Shown here in pieces: positions 50,211-63,824 of a stretch of DNA of 64,000 nt (positions are counted from its first letter, which is position 1; each line of letters begins with the position of its first letter). The notes beneath the pieces were generated by a model. It made no database searches and was not told the origin of the DNA. It was given only the letters and a program-made list of their open reading frames with translations. Position numbers and translations under genes: made by a program. This DNA is from Sminthopsis crassicaudata. Its lineage: Eukaryota. The stretch is from the NCBI RefSeq assembly GCF_048593235.1, contig NC_133620.1:454985261-455049260 (forward strand), written 5' to 3'.

Positions 50211-51079
50211 AAAACATTCTTAAAAGATCTGCTATGGTCTTTATCTTTTTTTGTTTTATCTTTGTTTGTTTGTTAGCTCCAAGCCCTCAAGCAGAGACAG
50301 AACTTCAACAAAACACTTCTATATAAGATCTAGTTCTAAGTCTTCTCTCTCTTGTCCGTATTATATGTATGCCTGTCTCAAAAATGTCAGAGGTTAACAC
50401 AGTTTATAGAGTCAAAATAAACATTTAAAGTAGCCTTTCCTTATGGCCAGAAGAGAAGGCACCAAGCTCTCATAAAAGAACTCAAAGGGAGAAAGGAGAT
50501 ACAGGGTTAACCCTTTGGGGTTTATATTGTTGATGGAGGAAGTGGCTCAGCAACACTGTTTCTGGCTCAATGTAGTTTGTGTCTGTTTGGGGAACAGGCA
50601 GGTACTTTTCTTTGTATTGGTTTCGTCTACTTGGGTTTCCATTCTTCTAGCTCTGTGTGACTTCTAACATCTTCCCATTCTTTGGTTTCCTGTGTCTTCC
50701 TCTCATCCTCTCGTCCAGTTATAGGAACTGGGGCACAGTGAAATAAATAGCACCAAGAGAAAATTTATACAATGATGAAAATAATGTAAATGAAAAGATC
50801 ATTTAAAAAAAGTTCTGAGTAATGGGAAAAAACCAACAAGGATCTCAGAGGATTGATTCACTTCTTTTTTTCAGTTAAAAAGTCCTATTTTTTCCCCTCC
50901 ATAGAGAAAAAAAAATCAATACTCTTTTAACAAATATGCATAATCCAGAAAAATTTCCCCATTGGCCTTTTCCAAAAATACATGTCTCATTCTGTACCTT
51001 TAGTCCAGGTACCTGTCAGGTACAGGATTCATTATGGTCCTCTGAAATTGTGATTAGTCATTTCAATGATTAGAGTTTT

Positions 51080-53820
51080 TTTTTTTTTAATTGAAGTTTA
51101 TTTTCAAAACATATGCATAGATAATTTTTAACATTCATCTTTGCAAAATCTTGTTCCAATTTTTTTTCCTTCCCTTCCCCTACCCTCTCCCCTAGATGTC
51201 AAGTAATCTAGAATGTTAAATGTGTAATTCTATACATATTTCCACAATTATGTAAATTAGCTGCACAAGAAAAATCAGATCAAAAAGAAAAAAAAAAACA
51301 TGAAAGAAAACAAAATACAAGCAACAATAAAAAAAGTAAAAATACTAAGTTGTGATTCAATCCCCACAATCTTTTGGGTGTAGATGGCTCTTTTCTTCAC
51401 AAGACCATTGGAACTGGGCTGAATTACCTCGCTATTGAAAAGAGCCACATCCGTCAGAATTGATCATCGTATAATCTTGCTCTTGCTGGATCAGAGTTCT
51501 TAAGTCTGTCCAAGTTGCTTATCTTGGGGGGCAGAGGGGAAGGGAGAGAAAGCTGCTTGTATCGATGTTATTATAGATATGTAATTGTTATAATTAGATA
51601 TATAGATATATAATTGTGTATAAGTCTTTACAAGTTTCTCTGAAAATCAACCTTTTATCCATTTCTTATAATGGTATTCATTATATATAATAATTTATGA
51701 TCATAAATTACATATATGCAATAAATTGTTCAGTCATTATTCAATTGATGGTCAATCCCTTAGTTTTCCATTCTTTACCACGACAGGGGAAAAAAAAAAA
51801 AAAAAGGCTGCTTTAAATATTTTTTGTATATGTGGGTTCTTTTCTTCTTTCTTTGAGTTCTCTGGAGTAGAGCCCAAGTAGTGGTATTATTGGATCAGAG
51901 TATGCACAGTTTAGTAATTTTAAGTAACTAATGGAGATAGTGCCAGTTGTATCCATTCACAAATCTACCAATTATAATAATGTGCCTGTTTTCCTATAGC
52001 ATTTTCCTGTAACATCTATCATTTTCCTTTTTTTTTTTAAATAACTTTGCCAATATGATAGGTGTAAGATAGGATCTCAGAGTTCTTTAATTTTAACTTT
52101 TCTAATTGTTTTCATATGAATATAATTTGGATTTCTTCCCTAGAGATCTCCTGCTCATATGTGTTGACTATTTACCAACTATGGAACAGTTCTTATTTTT
52201 TTTTATGTGAAAAAATGTATATTGTTCCAATTACATGTAAAAACAACTTTTAACACTCATTTTTCAAAATTCTGAGTTCCAAGTTCTCTCCTTTCCTTTT
52301 TCTCCCTCCTTGAGAAAGCAAAGAATTTGATATAGATAAAATACATGTGTGACTGCAAGCTATATTTTTATATTAACTATGTTCCTAAAGAAAACACAGA
52401 CCAGAACCTAAACAAGAAAAATTAAGAATCTTTTAAAAAGTCTGTTTCTTCCTGAATTCAGATCCCATCAGTTCTTTCTCTGGAATTGGATAGCATTTTT
52501 TTTTCAATCATAAATCCATCAGAATTATCTGGAATCATTGTATTGCAGAGAATAACTAAGTCATTTGTAGTTGATCATTGTATGAGATTGCTGTTATTCT
52601 GTACAATATTTCTCTGGTTCTGCTTATTTCATGTTGCATATAACACATGTAAATCTTTCCAGGTTTTTCTGAAAGTTTCCTGCTTGTCATTTCATGTAGT
52701 ATAATAGTATTCTATCACAATCATATGCCACATCTTGTTCAGGCATTTTCCAATTGATGAGCATCCCATCAGTTTCCAAATCTTTGCCATTACAAAAAGA
52801 ACTGCTACAAATATTGTTATTACTCATATAAATTTAATTCAGTTCTATGTAGATATTGTAAATGAGACATTTATCATAGAAACTTGAAGAAAAGGCTTTT
52901 CTTTTTCTTATCTAATCTTAAATGCATTGGTTTTATTTGTGCAAAAACTTTTTTTTAAACATTTTACGTAATCAACATTCCTTATTTTATCTTCTTCACT
53001 CCTCTTTATACCTTATTTCATGGGGAACCATTCCCCTATATCATATTACTTCCTTGCTAATCTGTTTATGATATTACCCTTTATGTTTAAGTCATATGGC
53101 CATTTGGATTCCATCTGGAATATTATCTGAGATGCTGATCTTTAGTTTCTGCCAGATTATTTTCTATTTTTCTCAGCAGTTTTGGTTGAACTGTGAGTTC
53201 CTTTTTTCAGTAGCTGGGGTTTTCTGGGTTTGTCAAACATTGTACTACTGTTTTTGTTCGCTTCTGCTTACTGTGTAGCTAATCAGTTTCACTGAATGAC
53301 CTCACTATTTCTTAACCAGTAGCAAATCATTTTGATGACTACTTTGTAATATAGTTTGAGATGTGGAACTGTTAGGTCTCCTTCCTTCCCACTTTATTTC
53401 ATTATTTCCCTTGAAGTGCCTGACTTTTCTGTTCCTTGAGATGAATTCATTATTATTATTTTTAGCTTCATAAAACAATCTTTTGGTAGTTTGGCATGTA
53501 ACTGAACAAATAAATTCACATAGGGAGTATTGTCATTTTTATTATGTTAGCTCATCCTCCCCAAGAGCAATTGATATTTCATTCTGTTTTTATTTGTGTA
53601 AAGAATGTTTTATAGTTTTTGATAAGAGTCTTTTTGTATGTCTTGGCAAGTAGACAGTCAAGTATTTCATATTCTCTGTAATTTTTAGAATTCTATTTTA
53701 TTTTCAATTCTATCTCTTCCCCTTTCTAAGCCATTAAGAAAACAAAAATAAAAAATAAAACCCATTTTTATAGTTATTTATCTGGAATTCTATTGCTTTC
53801 TGTCAGGTTTTGTGGATAAT
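51080..53820 (-). mobile_element. Stacked L1 fragments (younger 3' end at 51080-51490, older L1 bodies after it)
   Basis: Degenerate L1 ORF2/3' UTR sequence collinear with 36500-37930. Confidence 0.8.
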
Positions 53821-55689
53821 ATAAAAAAATGCTGATTTCCTCTTCCTGGTTTGGTCCTGAACATTCAAGAGTCACACATGTATAGATAATTACTTCCTAT
53901 TTTTGTTAATAAAGTGATAAATTCAGTTGTCTGTACCTTGTAGAAGTGAATATACTGCCATACCCTTGAAAACTGAGCCCTCTTATTTGGACATTACCCA
54001 AGTTGATCCATCTCAGTAACGGAGTAACGGCTCTACTAATACAGCCCGCCAGAAACCATATAGAACAAATCTATTCCTTTACATAAACAGATCTTCACTC
54101 ATTCAAAGATAGTGATCTTGTTTCCAGACCTTCTTCCCTATCTCTCTGAACCTTCCCCCCCCCCAACTAAATCCTTAAATGACATGCTTTCTAGACTCCA
54201 TACCATGCTGGTCACCCCTAATCTGGATACATTCTAGTTTATATCAGTTTCTCTCCCTTTTAAAATGAGGTGCCCAAGGTTTGATTTTCCCAAGGCAATT
54301 CACAATGGATTGCTTGCTTCTTACAAGCAAAGTAGGAGTCAAGGTCATTTGTTAAGAGATAAGATAGGAAGTGTGGGTGATGGGGCAAGCTGAGGACTTT
54401 AGGAGAAAGAAAAGAGAAGTAGAACAGGGATTCTAGAAACACTGTGTTGGCCACAGAGATGAAGAAAGCAGGTTTTTTGATTCAGACTTGGGGATTAACA
54501 AACTGAGTCCAACAGAAGGGCAAAGGCATGAAGAAGTCCTCACCGATTTCCAAAGAGGATCACAGGCAGAGAATTTAAGCTAAAAAACTGCATCACTGTT
54601 GGTGGAATCCGTGCAGTGGATGCATAGTGTGCCAGGTAGAATTGGGAGGATTACTTAGGGGTAGAGGGTTTCCAGAACCCTTTAAATCATGTCACTGCTT
54701 ACAGCTTTATCTCTGATGGAGGAGCTCAAGTTTGGGCACCTTTCCAGTCCCTCTGGAGCATACACATCCCTGCGGAGGGCTTAGCAAGTGAGTGCTGCCT
54801 TGGCTCATTTGGAGAAGGCATGAAATACTTCATAATAGAAAGTTAATCGTTTATCAGGTAGGAGGAGCAGAGCTAAGGCCTTTCACACCAAACACATGGA
54901 TTGACAGCAGGAGGCAATTTCATCTGTGGTCACTGTGTGGCCTGTGCTTTTTTCAACCTCCCAACAAAGAAGTAGGAAAGGCATTTAAAAGAAACAAAGA
55001 TGTTCTATTAAATGAGTTTTTGACCTAGATTCAGAATATTAGCTTCAGTTGTCATTTACTTTGTGACTGTGGATGAGCCACTTTTTGGTTCTCTGAGCCT
55101 CAATTTCTACATCTGGAAAATGAGGGGTCCACATTCTCCTAGCAATCTTTCCATCATACAATACCTAGAGAAGATATTGACCAGAAACATCACCTTGGTT
55201 TCCAATAGTTGGAAATTTTTCTAGCATTCCTGACTCCTTTCTTGGATTTTGTCTCTATGCCTTTTTTTTGTCGGTGTCTTGTTTTGGTATATCTAATAAA
55301 GTCACCACAAATAATTAGGGTGCTTTACATTTTATATCCATGCTAACTCCATAACCTTCCCCTCAGATCTCTCCATTTTAACTTCTTTATCGCAACTGGA
55401 GGATCACTTAATCCAGGAGGCTTTCCCTGATCCCTTCTCCTCAATACCATGTGGCAATGACCTTTCTTCGTCATGATCCTCCAGAAGTACTTTGTTCTTA
55501 AAGCACTTCCATTGTGCTGTTCTTTATGAGAGGGGGGCAGGTTCATCTCCTTCAGATGTCAGCTCTGAGGTGCTTACCCTAAATTTCCCATCTCCCTAGC
55601 CCTTCTGACAAGTCTTCTATAGACCAGGAGCCTTTAATAAGTAGCAGTCTTGTTGAATCAATTTCCATGGGCGTTTTGTTCTTGCCACA

Positions 55690-55910
55690 ATTCTCAACCA
55701 TTTTTGGTCTTGGAACCCAGGACCCTTTTATATTGTTAATTATTGAGAATCCTGCTCACAAAGAGTATTTATGTGAGCTGTTTCTGTATTATGGGGCATA
55801 TTAACTGTATTAGAAATGAAAATGTCTTGCCATTATTGTAAAGTTTTGTCCTCATCCCCTTAAAACATCCAAGGATACCCAGGGTGTCCCTAGACCACAC
55901 TTTGAGAAAT
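55690..55910 (+). mobile_element. hAT-Charlie-like MITE remnant
   Basis: TTCTCAACCATTTTTGGTC...GACCCTTT...ATTATTGAG at the left and GACCACACTTTGAGAA at the right. Recognised by eye. Confidence 0.5.
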
Positions 55911-55924
55911 CATAATTACAAATA

Positions 55925-56310
55925 GCTGAGGGCCATCTCTCTGGATCTATATCTGGCCACTGGACCCAGATAGCTCTGGGAGGGGAATTAAGGTAGGTGA
56001 CCTTGCAGACCCTCCCTCACTTCAATCCAAGTCACTTGCATGCCATCACTTCCCTGATATCATGATCCTCTTCAAGAAACAGTTATGTGTCAAGGCAGCC
56101 TGGTGGCTCAGTGGACAGAGCACTGGGTGTGAGTTAAGGAGACCTGAGTACAAATCCAGCCTCAGATCTTCACTGGGTGACCCTGTTTGAGACACTTAAC
56201 TGAAGTTTGCCTTAAATCTACTGGAGCAAGAAAAGGCAAAGGGGTCCAAGATTTTTGCCAAGAAAACTCCAATGGGCTCAGAATCTGATATGAGTGAACA
56301 GCAAGACTAT
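55925..56310 (+). mobile_element. RTE-related / Mar1-like marsupial SINE fragments
   Basis: GGCCACTGGACCCAGAT... RTE-type segment, then a tRNA-like head (GGTGGCTCAGTGGACAGAG) and a tail TTTGCCAAGAAAACTCCAATGGG. Confidence 0.6.
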
Positions 56311-56849
56311 GTGCCAGGTACCGTGTAAAGCATTTAGCCCTCACAACATTCTTGGCAGGCAAGTTACTGTTACCCACTTTGCAGATGAGGAAATTGAGGC
56401 ACTTACCTCTCACTGCTCAAATTTCTCATTTGCCCAAAGGGTCAAATAAATTCTGCTTAATAAGGTGGTTGACATTTGTTGCTCAGTGTTATTAAGGAGA
56501 ATCCAAGCCTTTGGTGCACAGCTATATAGAAACAGCTTTCCTCCTTTGGGTCTACTTCTGTAGTTACCTGTTCAATCTGGCAGAAGGAATATAGGATTTA
56601 CCTGGAAGTTAAGGAAACCTGGGGTCAAGTCTCACTTCTGCCATTTAGAGCTGTGTGACCACAGACAAATCAATTCACCTCTCTGGACCAACTTCCCTGT
56701 GGTTTTGTATATCGGCAATAATCCCATAATTCCTTGATGAACTTTCCTTAGTTTGTCTGGGACCTCACAGGAGACAAGACATGTAAATCATCATTTCAGG
56801 GTCAGCTCTTGTCAGCCTGCTGGCCTGGTCCTTCCAGAGCCACAGCTCC

Positions 56850-57450
56850 AAAGCTTTGCGCCTCAGCATTTTACTCCCCTTTGTTTATGTTCTCCCAGTC
56901 ATTCCCCACTTCCTTCACCCCTTTATTGGTCCATCTTGGTGTTTCTTCCTCCATCTATATCTTGGCTTCTACACCTGACTCCTGTTTCAGGTTCCCATCT
57001 ATCTCTGCCTGTTTTTGCATATCGTGTTTGTCCAGTCCTGCTCCTGACCTATCTGTAGCAACCTTCTTTTCCATTTCTGCCGTGTCTTTCCTATTTCCCC
57101 CCTTTCTCTTTTTTGCCCTTGTTTCTGACTGTTCTCTTCAAATGCTTCTTATCTCTCATCTCCCACCACCCAGTCACTGTATTTCTGCCTCCTCTGTCTC
57201 CCCCCCTTTGTCTATCTCTATCCCTCTTTGTCTCTGCCCGTTTCCCCATTTTGGTCTTGCTGTAACATGTCCTTCTCGGTATCTGGGACTCCCTATCTCT
57301 GTTCCTGCTTCAGTCTTTTTGTTACTCTCCTTCTCTTTCCCTCTTTCAGTTGTCACCTCTATGTAGTATCTCTTACTTCCTTCTATGTGTATCTCTCTTT
57401 GTTCCCCCCCCCCATCATACTCTCTCTTTGTCTAGCTTTCAGTCCCTCCG
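56850..57450. repeat. Pyrimidine-rich (CT) low-complexity tract
   Basis: About 600 nt strongly enriched in C/T on the + strand. Confidence 0.75.
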
Positions 57451-58343
57451 TTCTGTCCAGGGGGAGGGCTGTCCCCTTCATTTGGAGCAGAGGAGTGACT
57501 GGGAACTGATGAAATTTCCCATAAGCTAGGACATTTTCTTGGAGGAAAATGACCTAATAAAAGTGAAGATACTGACAATATGTATGAGGGATGGGTTCCT
57601 GTACAAGTTCTGAAAGAAAGATGTTCCTTAACCCTCCCTAGGTCCAAGGGGTCCTGCCCTCTCTTCTCAAAAAGAGAGCCTGGCTCTGAGTGGTTCTATG
57701 CTCTTACATGGCCCAGAAGAAGAAAGATCAGCTCCAGATTCAGAGTTCCTGTATTTTCTTTAAGGAAGATAGGGGTGGAGGGATGATGAGTGAAGAATTA
57801 GGGTCAGGGGCAAACAATGATCAGTGCAGCTAAAAACAAATCAACAATCTTGGGACCCTGGTGCCCACCATTCCTATGTGTCCAGATTACCCGGACTATT
57901 GGCTATTCCCACTGTTTACAGATAGCAGCCAGGGGATCACCATCCGTGGCCATGTTTTTGTAATGGCTGAGTCTGCCTGGTATGACTTTTCTATCCCCCT
58001 ACTCAGACTGCCGCCGAAGGGTAAGAAGCCCCATTTACTCCATCAGTTTCAACTGGCTCAACGATTTCTACGTCATCTGCCTGCCCAAATCGTAGAGAGC
58101 CAGCCTGGGTAGGGAAAACTGTCTCATGAGAAATGTCGAATACCAGTTAATGTTCCCAGTTCAGCTGTTAACACTAGCACCTAGGTTCTTGTCCCAAGGG
58201 TTTGGGGCCGAGTTCCGGTTCTGCTCCTAGAACTGCAGGACTAAGCGAGCCCACAGCACTTGGTTCATCCTGGGGCCCAGGGGATTAAGTAGCACCCTCC
58301 TTCCTGACCTTAGCCTCTTGGTCGAGGAGATCCCAAGTCCAGC

Positions 58344-60390
58344 TTAATCCTGCCTCTTGGAGGAGGCGTCCTCTCTGTGTGAAGGCCTGGCGTAATCATC
58401 CCTCCCACGTTCCCAGGTGCTTCTGGCCTCCTTTTTTGTGGGTGAGGCTGGGGCCCAGGGGCCACTGCCAACCAGATCGGTGAGTAACTTAACACTCATG
58501 ATGGTGATGCTGAGCAGCCCGACTCCCCAGAGAACATTGAAGGAGAGGGGGAAGTGGGGGTGGTGCCATAGCAGCTGCAGGCTCATCCATCCCAAGGGCA
58601 GGAGGCGGAAGACCAGCAGGGTGGCCAGCGTGGCCCAGCTGGCCAGGCGGCAGAGCAGGGCAGACCGCAGGCCGGCCAGCAGAAGCAGCGTCCGGAAGTG
58701 CAGGCAGGCCGAGTTCACCTCCAACAGCAGCGGCACCACTGAGATGCTCAAGCAGCTTCCAGGCAGCACAGCCAGACCCAAGCAGCCCACCGCCTAGGAG
58801 TCAGAGGCCAGGGGTCAGCGACCTTTCTCTCAGGACCCCCTGTCCTGGCCAAGGCCAGGCTTCAGGATTCTCGGGCTTCCCATGAGACTTCAAGCACTCA
58901 TTTTTCTTCTCCAGTACTCACTACCCCCTGCCCCATCCCCACTCCCCATCCAGGTGATTGAGGGACTTTCAATGATTTTGATGGAAGGGATAGTCTTCAT
59001 GTCGTGTACTTACATGACATATTCTGAACTGCCTTACCTCTGCCCTAGTCCATTCACTCTCACTCTGCCTCAGGCCTGTACTTACACTGTACACTCATCC
59101 CCAAATAGAGTAACGCCTTCCAATGTGGCGGCAGGGAGAGTCAGGTGGGGCCCCTCAGGGGCTTCAGGACCCCACTCACGCTGTGGGGGAGGGGTTTCAT
59201 GGGAGCAAGACTCTCCCAATGTCAGAGACTTAAGAGCTTAGAGCACAGAACTCAAGGCCCTAAGCCAGCAATTCCAAGACTTTTTGTACTCTAAAGTTCT
59301 TCCGTGTTAGAAACTCAGAGTGGGATAGCCAGAGTGAGACAGGCAGAGACAGAGGCAAAGGGAGAGGCAGAGACAGGAGAGGCAGAGGCAGAGACAGAGA
59401 GACAGACTATTTTCTCCTCTGACTCTGAGGAAATGCTGTCCGGGTCAGATCCCAGAAATAATCTGGGCTGCCTGAGTGGGGGGTGAGGTCCCCATGACCC
59501 GGAGGTCTTTAAGCACAGGCTTGCTCGATCACGTGTGGCAGAGATTATAAAGGGGATTTGCGCTACAAGGAGTTAAGGGCAGATATTCCGGGAGATCCCC
59601 TTCGGGCTAATTCGTTAAGGCAGCGGAGGCCGGCCGAGGTGAAAGCTGGGCCCCGGCCTTCCCCCGTGGGGCGACACCTCCCAAGCCCCTGGAAGGCTGG
59701 GGGTGAGGCAGAGCTCAGGCTCCGAGGGCTCTCAGGATTCCCCCCGGGTGGGAGCCGGAGGCCCCCAGAGTCAGAGGCCCGCGCGGGCAGCAGAGGAGGC
59801 CGCGCCCCCGCCGACTCCACCCCTTCGCTGCCATTCCCACTCCCACCCCCGCCTCACCAGCGCGTGGTGACAGAGCAGGTGCCACGATCGGCCCAAGGGC
59901 TGATTCCATAGGAGATCCACCCCGTCTGCCAGGAAGTAACCTGCAGGGTGGAAGGGAGGAGGGGCTGAGAGACCCCGGCCTCAGCCCCCACCCCCGCGTG
60001 TCCCGGTGCTCCGCCCCCGCCTGCCCCACTCACCGATGGACAGAGAGACCAGAGCCGCAGTCCTGGGGGGGCAGCTGTGGCTGAAATCCGTGACCAGGTG
60101 GGAGTACTGGGACATCCTGGGAGAGAGGACGGGCAGAGGTCAGAGCCTGCGCTCCCGCCCGAGCCCCCCCGGGGGCCTCCCCCGCACCCCAGGCTCTCGC
60201 GGCCCCCTCACCAGAGCAGCGCCCCGGCCCCGGACAGCAGGCTGTGTACGAGGGAGGCGCAGATGTTCCTCCACATCCAGCGGTCCTGGGGGTCGGCGAG
60301 GCGCGGGGTGGGCGCTAGCTCGAGACCCCGGTGCAGCCCCCGGAACAGAGCGAAGGAGACGGCGGCCACCGTGAATCCCGCCGGCGCCAT
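58344..60390 (-). CDS. TLCD2: TLC domain-containing protein 2, 4 exons, 264 aa
   Basis: Exons 60212-60390, 60034-60116, 59858-59940, 58344-58793; total 795 nt, open, GT-AG. Motifs MAPAGFTVAAVSFALFRGLH, NICASLVHSLLSG, GYFLADG, LCHH, LLLEVNSACLH, FRLLPLGWM. Confidence 0.96.
59330..59405. repeat. (GAGACA/GAGGCA)n purine-rich simple repeat in TLCD2 intron 3
   Basis: Imperfect hexamer run. Confidence 0.8.
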
Positions 60391-61000
60391 GGAGGGTCGC
60401 CCGCCTGTCCGCCGGTCAAGTCTGTCAGCGCTTCCGTCCGCTCCGGCCCGCGCGTCCTCGTACTCAGTCCCAGCGCGGCAGCCGCCCGAGGCTCCGACCT
60501 CGACTCCGGCGCTTTCCCGCCGCCGCTTCCAAAACCTCGGGAACTTTTTTTGGAGTTGGGCCACGCCCCCACGTCCCGATCTCCATCCCCATTGGCTTCA
60601 GCGCCAGGAGCCCGCCTCCGTAACCACGACAAACCGCCGGGGCCCGCCCTCGCGTGGTGCTGGCCGGGGACACTCCCACGTGCGCCGTCGAGATTTCGGG
60701 CGCTCGGAACTTCCACTCGGATCCATCCGGAGGGAGGGACTGCGCGCCCGGGACGGGGCGGAGCCGTATATGGGGTTCTGGGTACCCCGATCTCGCCGAC
60801 AGCTGGGGCCCCGCCCCTGTACCTTTCGCTGGGTTCCACACCACCTCCACTCCGAGCTTCAACTATAACCTGCTTTTAGTCTTCCGCGTCAGACCTGGAG
60901 CAGAGGCGGGGAGAACCCTGCCCCCCAGACACCTGAGCCTCTCCGCCGCCTCCCCCCGGGAAGACCCCAGAACCCCTTTCCTGTGAGTCCCGAGTGCCGG
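59550..61000. promoter_or_regulatory. TLCD2 CpG island / promoter
   Basis: High CpG density with GC boxes GGGGCGGAGC (~60755) and GGGGCGGGG (~60808, minus strand). Confidence 0.8.
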
Positions 61001-61067
61001 GAGGCCCAGGTGCCCCATGGCATCATCAACTGAGGGGGAACACAGGACAAGGGTCCAGGGTCAATTT

Positions 61068-61186
61068 TTTTTCAAATTAATTTTATAATTATAATTTTTT
61101 GACTGTACATATGCATGGGTAATTTTTTTTTACAGCATTATCCCTTGTACTCACTTCTTTTCCGAATTTTCCCCTCCCTCCCTCTA
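61068..61186 (-). mobile_element. ~120-bp 5'-truncated L1 insertion
   Basis: L1 3' terminus with a perfect 12-bp TSD CAGGGTCAATTT at 61056-61067 and 61187-61198. Confidence 0.88.
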
Positions 61187-63824
61187 CAGGGTCAATTTCT
61201 TACAGACCTTCCCGGCTCCCCTCCGCAGATTACCCTGGCAATATAAAATCTGGTGTAGGGGATGGAGTTCAAATCCTTCACCTCGTTAGCGTGTGCTAAC
61301 GCTTAACCTAAGCCTCAGTTTCCCGATTAGGAAAAGGGGTTAACCACCCCTACTTCTCAGTTATTGTGAGGATTAACCGAAACCTATCCAGTGCTAGAGG
61401 AGAAAGAGCCTCGTTTTCCCCACAAAAAGACCGGGAAGAGGAGAGCAGAAGTTCCTTAGGACCCTGGGTTGGTGGCTGGGCAGTGACTTTGGGAGCCGCT
61501 TGTTGTTGGTACCGAGAAACGAACGCTCCCAACCTTCACCACGGTCTGACCCCTCCCCCTTTCACAAACACCTCCCTTGGCTGCCCCCCCCCAGACTTCT
61601 TTACCCCCTCAAGGCCTTTCTTGATGTCCCTTTTAACTTGATTTCACATGGAAGGCACTCTGGAGAAAAATCAGTGTTTTTTGCCTCACTCACACTTGTT
61701 TAGAGACGAAATTGAGGAAGAATTGACTGGGCTGGGCTGAACCTGCCCAGGAGCCAGATTTTCAGCCTTGGTCAGAGAGGGCTGCTCTTGCTGCCTTAAT
61801 CGAAGTTTGCTGTTTATAAATCAACTTTTCCCCTTTCCAGCCAGCTCCTAGACAGGTAAACTTTGTGCCTGAGGCTACTTTCACCATCCAAACCAGTTTC
61901 TAGGCTTGGACAAATGCCAGCTTTCAGCCCCCTATTCCCTGGAGTGTCCCACTGCACACATTCCTCCCCAGGTATCAGTGTGTGGAGCTCCTAAAAAAAG
62001 GTGGCTGGGGGAAAAGGTCATCTCCTTGGGACAGGAGAGGCCATAAATGCTTTTTCTCACTGGGGGTTGAGAAGCAAAGCCCCACAACTTACCAGAGCAA
62101 GCCAGTTACTGTCTATCCCAGAGCTTTTAGAATAAGCCTCCCTCAGTCACTCCAAATGTAGCCCTATTCACCCAAACCCCTCAGAATCTCAAGTTCTGAA
62201 ACCAGTAGAGGCACTAGTAGATTTGAACCTTTTCTGCCCCCCAAAGAACAAATGTCTTCCCACCCATTTTTAAGTTTTTGTTCTTTGCCGCTCAAGAAAA
62301 TACACCAGCTTTCCACTTCACTTATAATCTTCTTAAAACCACTAGTAAATACAAATTTCTTTCATTACAACATCACAACTTGAAATTTGGGCCACATCTG
62401 GCCAGGCCAGGGCTGCCGGGGCTAGAGATTGGGTATGGGACCAACAAGCTTTCCCTGCCTTCTACTTAGGGTGATTAATTAATTATCCTCTTCATAGCCA
62501 TTCTGTGTTTGGGAGATACTTGGCTTCCCAACACCCAGCAAAGAAAACTCTGTATATTTAAGAGTTGTGTTTTTCCTTGTTCTAGCAACTCCCCTCTCAA
62601 CCTTGGCAGCAAGGAGCAGCAGTATGGACAGAGCAATTATTTCAGACTCCTTCAGGAAGTGCAGCCTCATTCTTGGTCTGGAGGCTAGGTGAATGAACCA
62701 GAGAATAGAGTTCTTCCACGCTGCCTCCCCTAGCTCTTCCAGAGTGGATGGCAGCAGTCTAGTACCTGAATAGCCTTCCTTTACCCACCCCCACTGGAAT
62801 TTCTAGAACCTAGTTCTAGACATAGTCTTCCCCTAGAAGTTCTAGACAACAAAGTGAGATGAGAATAGGGTTCAGAATACACACACATGCAAATACAGCC
62901 CTCTAAATTTAGACAGAATGCTTTCTAGCTTATTTCTTTTCACATTTCATTTTATTCAGACTAGTCTTAGTTTTCACTATTACTTGGCCCCCACCTTCCC
63001 ATCCTCTTCATAAAGTCCTAAAGGGATTATTAGGTGGCCTCTAGGCCTAGAAGCCCAGAGTAGCCCAATGGGAATAAGGATCTGAAAGGAAGGCCAGTGG
63101 ATCTATCTTTCCCTTCTAAAGGAGCCCGTTTTGAATTTACACCCAGTCAGCAAGACTAACTGGGATAAAGAAAACTGCTAGAAACACAAACTTCAATCCA
63201 CAAGCATTTATTAAGCATCTCTGGTGCAAGAGATACAAAGACAAACAGGAAGCAGTCCTTGCCCTCAATGAGTTTACACTCTAGAGGAGGGGGGGGGGGG
63301 GAGGAAGATAAACCCATACAGAAATAAATACAAAGTGTGATTCCAGAAAGTGCTAATATCTGAGGGGATAGAATGGTCAGAGATGTAGAACTAGATGGGC
63401 CCTTTTCACAGATGAGGGGCAAAGCTAACCCCACTGGGATGAAGCAGTGAGTGTCCTAGGTGGGATATAAATTCAAACCATTCTTCTAGCCACTCACTCT
63501 GAGCAGAGCAGGGAGAGGGGACACCTGAACTGGTCCCTGAAAGAAGCTAGGGAGGGAGAGAATTCCAGACTTTGGGGCCACCTGTGCAAAGGTAGGAGAT
63601 AGAATGTTACATACAGGGAACATAGCAGAGCAATTTAACTGGAACAGACTGTTCAGGACAGACATAATGGAAAAAAGGTGAGTCTCTCCTGTGGGGTCAA
63701 AATCAGCAGGGGAGCAGACAGCAATGTCCCTCAGGCCCCCTCCCCCTGCCCAGTAGTTTGGGTCCTGCTGGAGGCCCCCCCCATCAAGGCTCTGTCCCCT
63801 CCCCCCACCCCCCAGGCCTTTCAC

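Noticed and set aside
56809-57509. 185-aa hydrophobic, membrane-like ORF
   Set aside because: Product of the CT-rich low-complexity tract.
60064-60071. G7 run in TLCD2 exon 2 as another possible frameshift
   Set aside because: The exon is 83 nt with correct phases, so the frame is intact.
60391-60564. 58-aa N-terminal extension of TLCD2
   Set aside because: Starts at GTG, and homology begins at ATG 60390.
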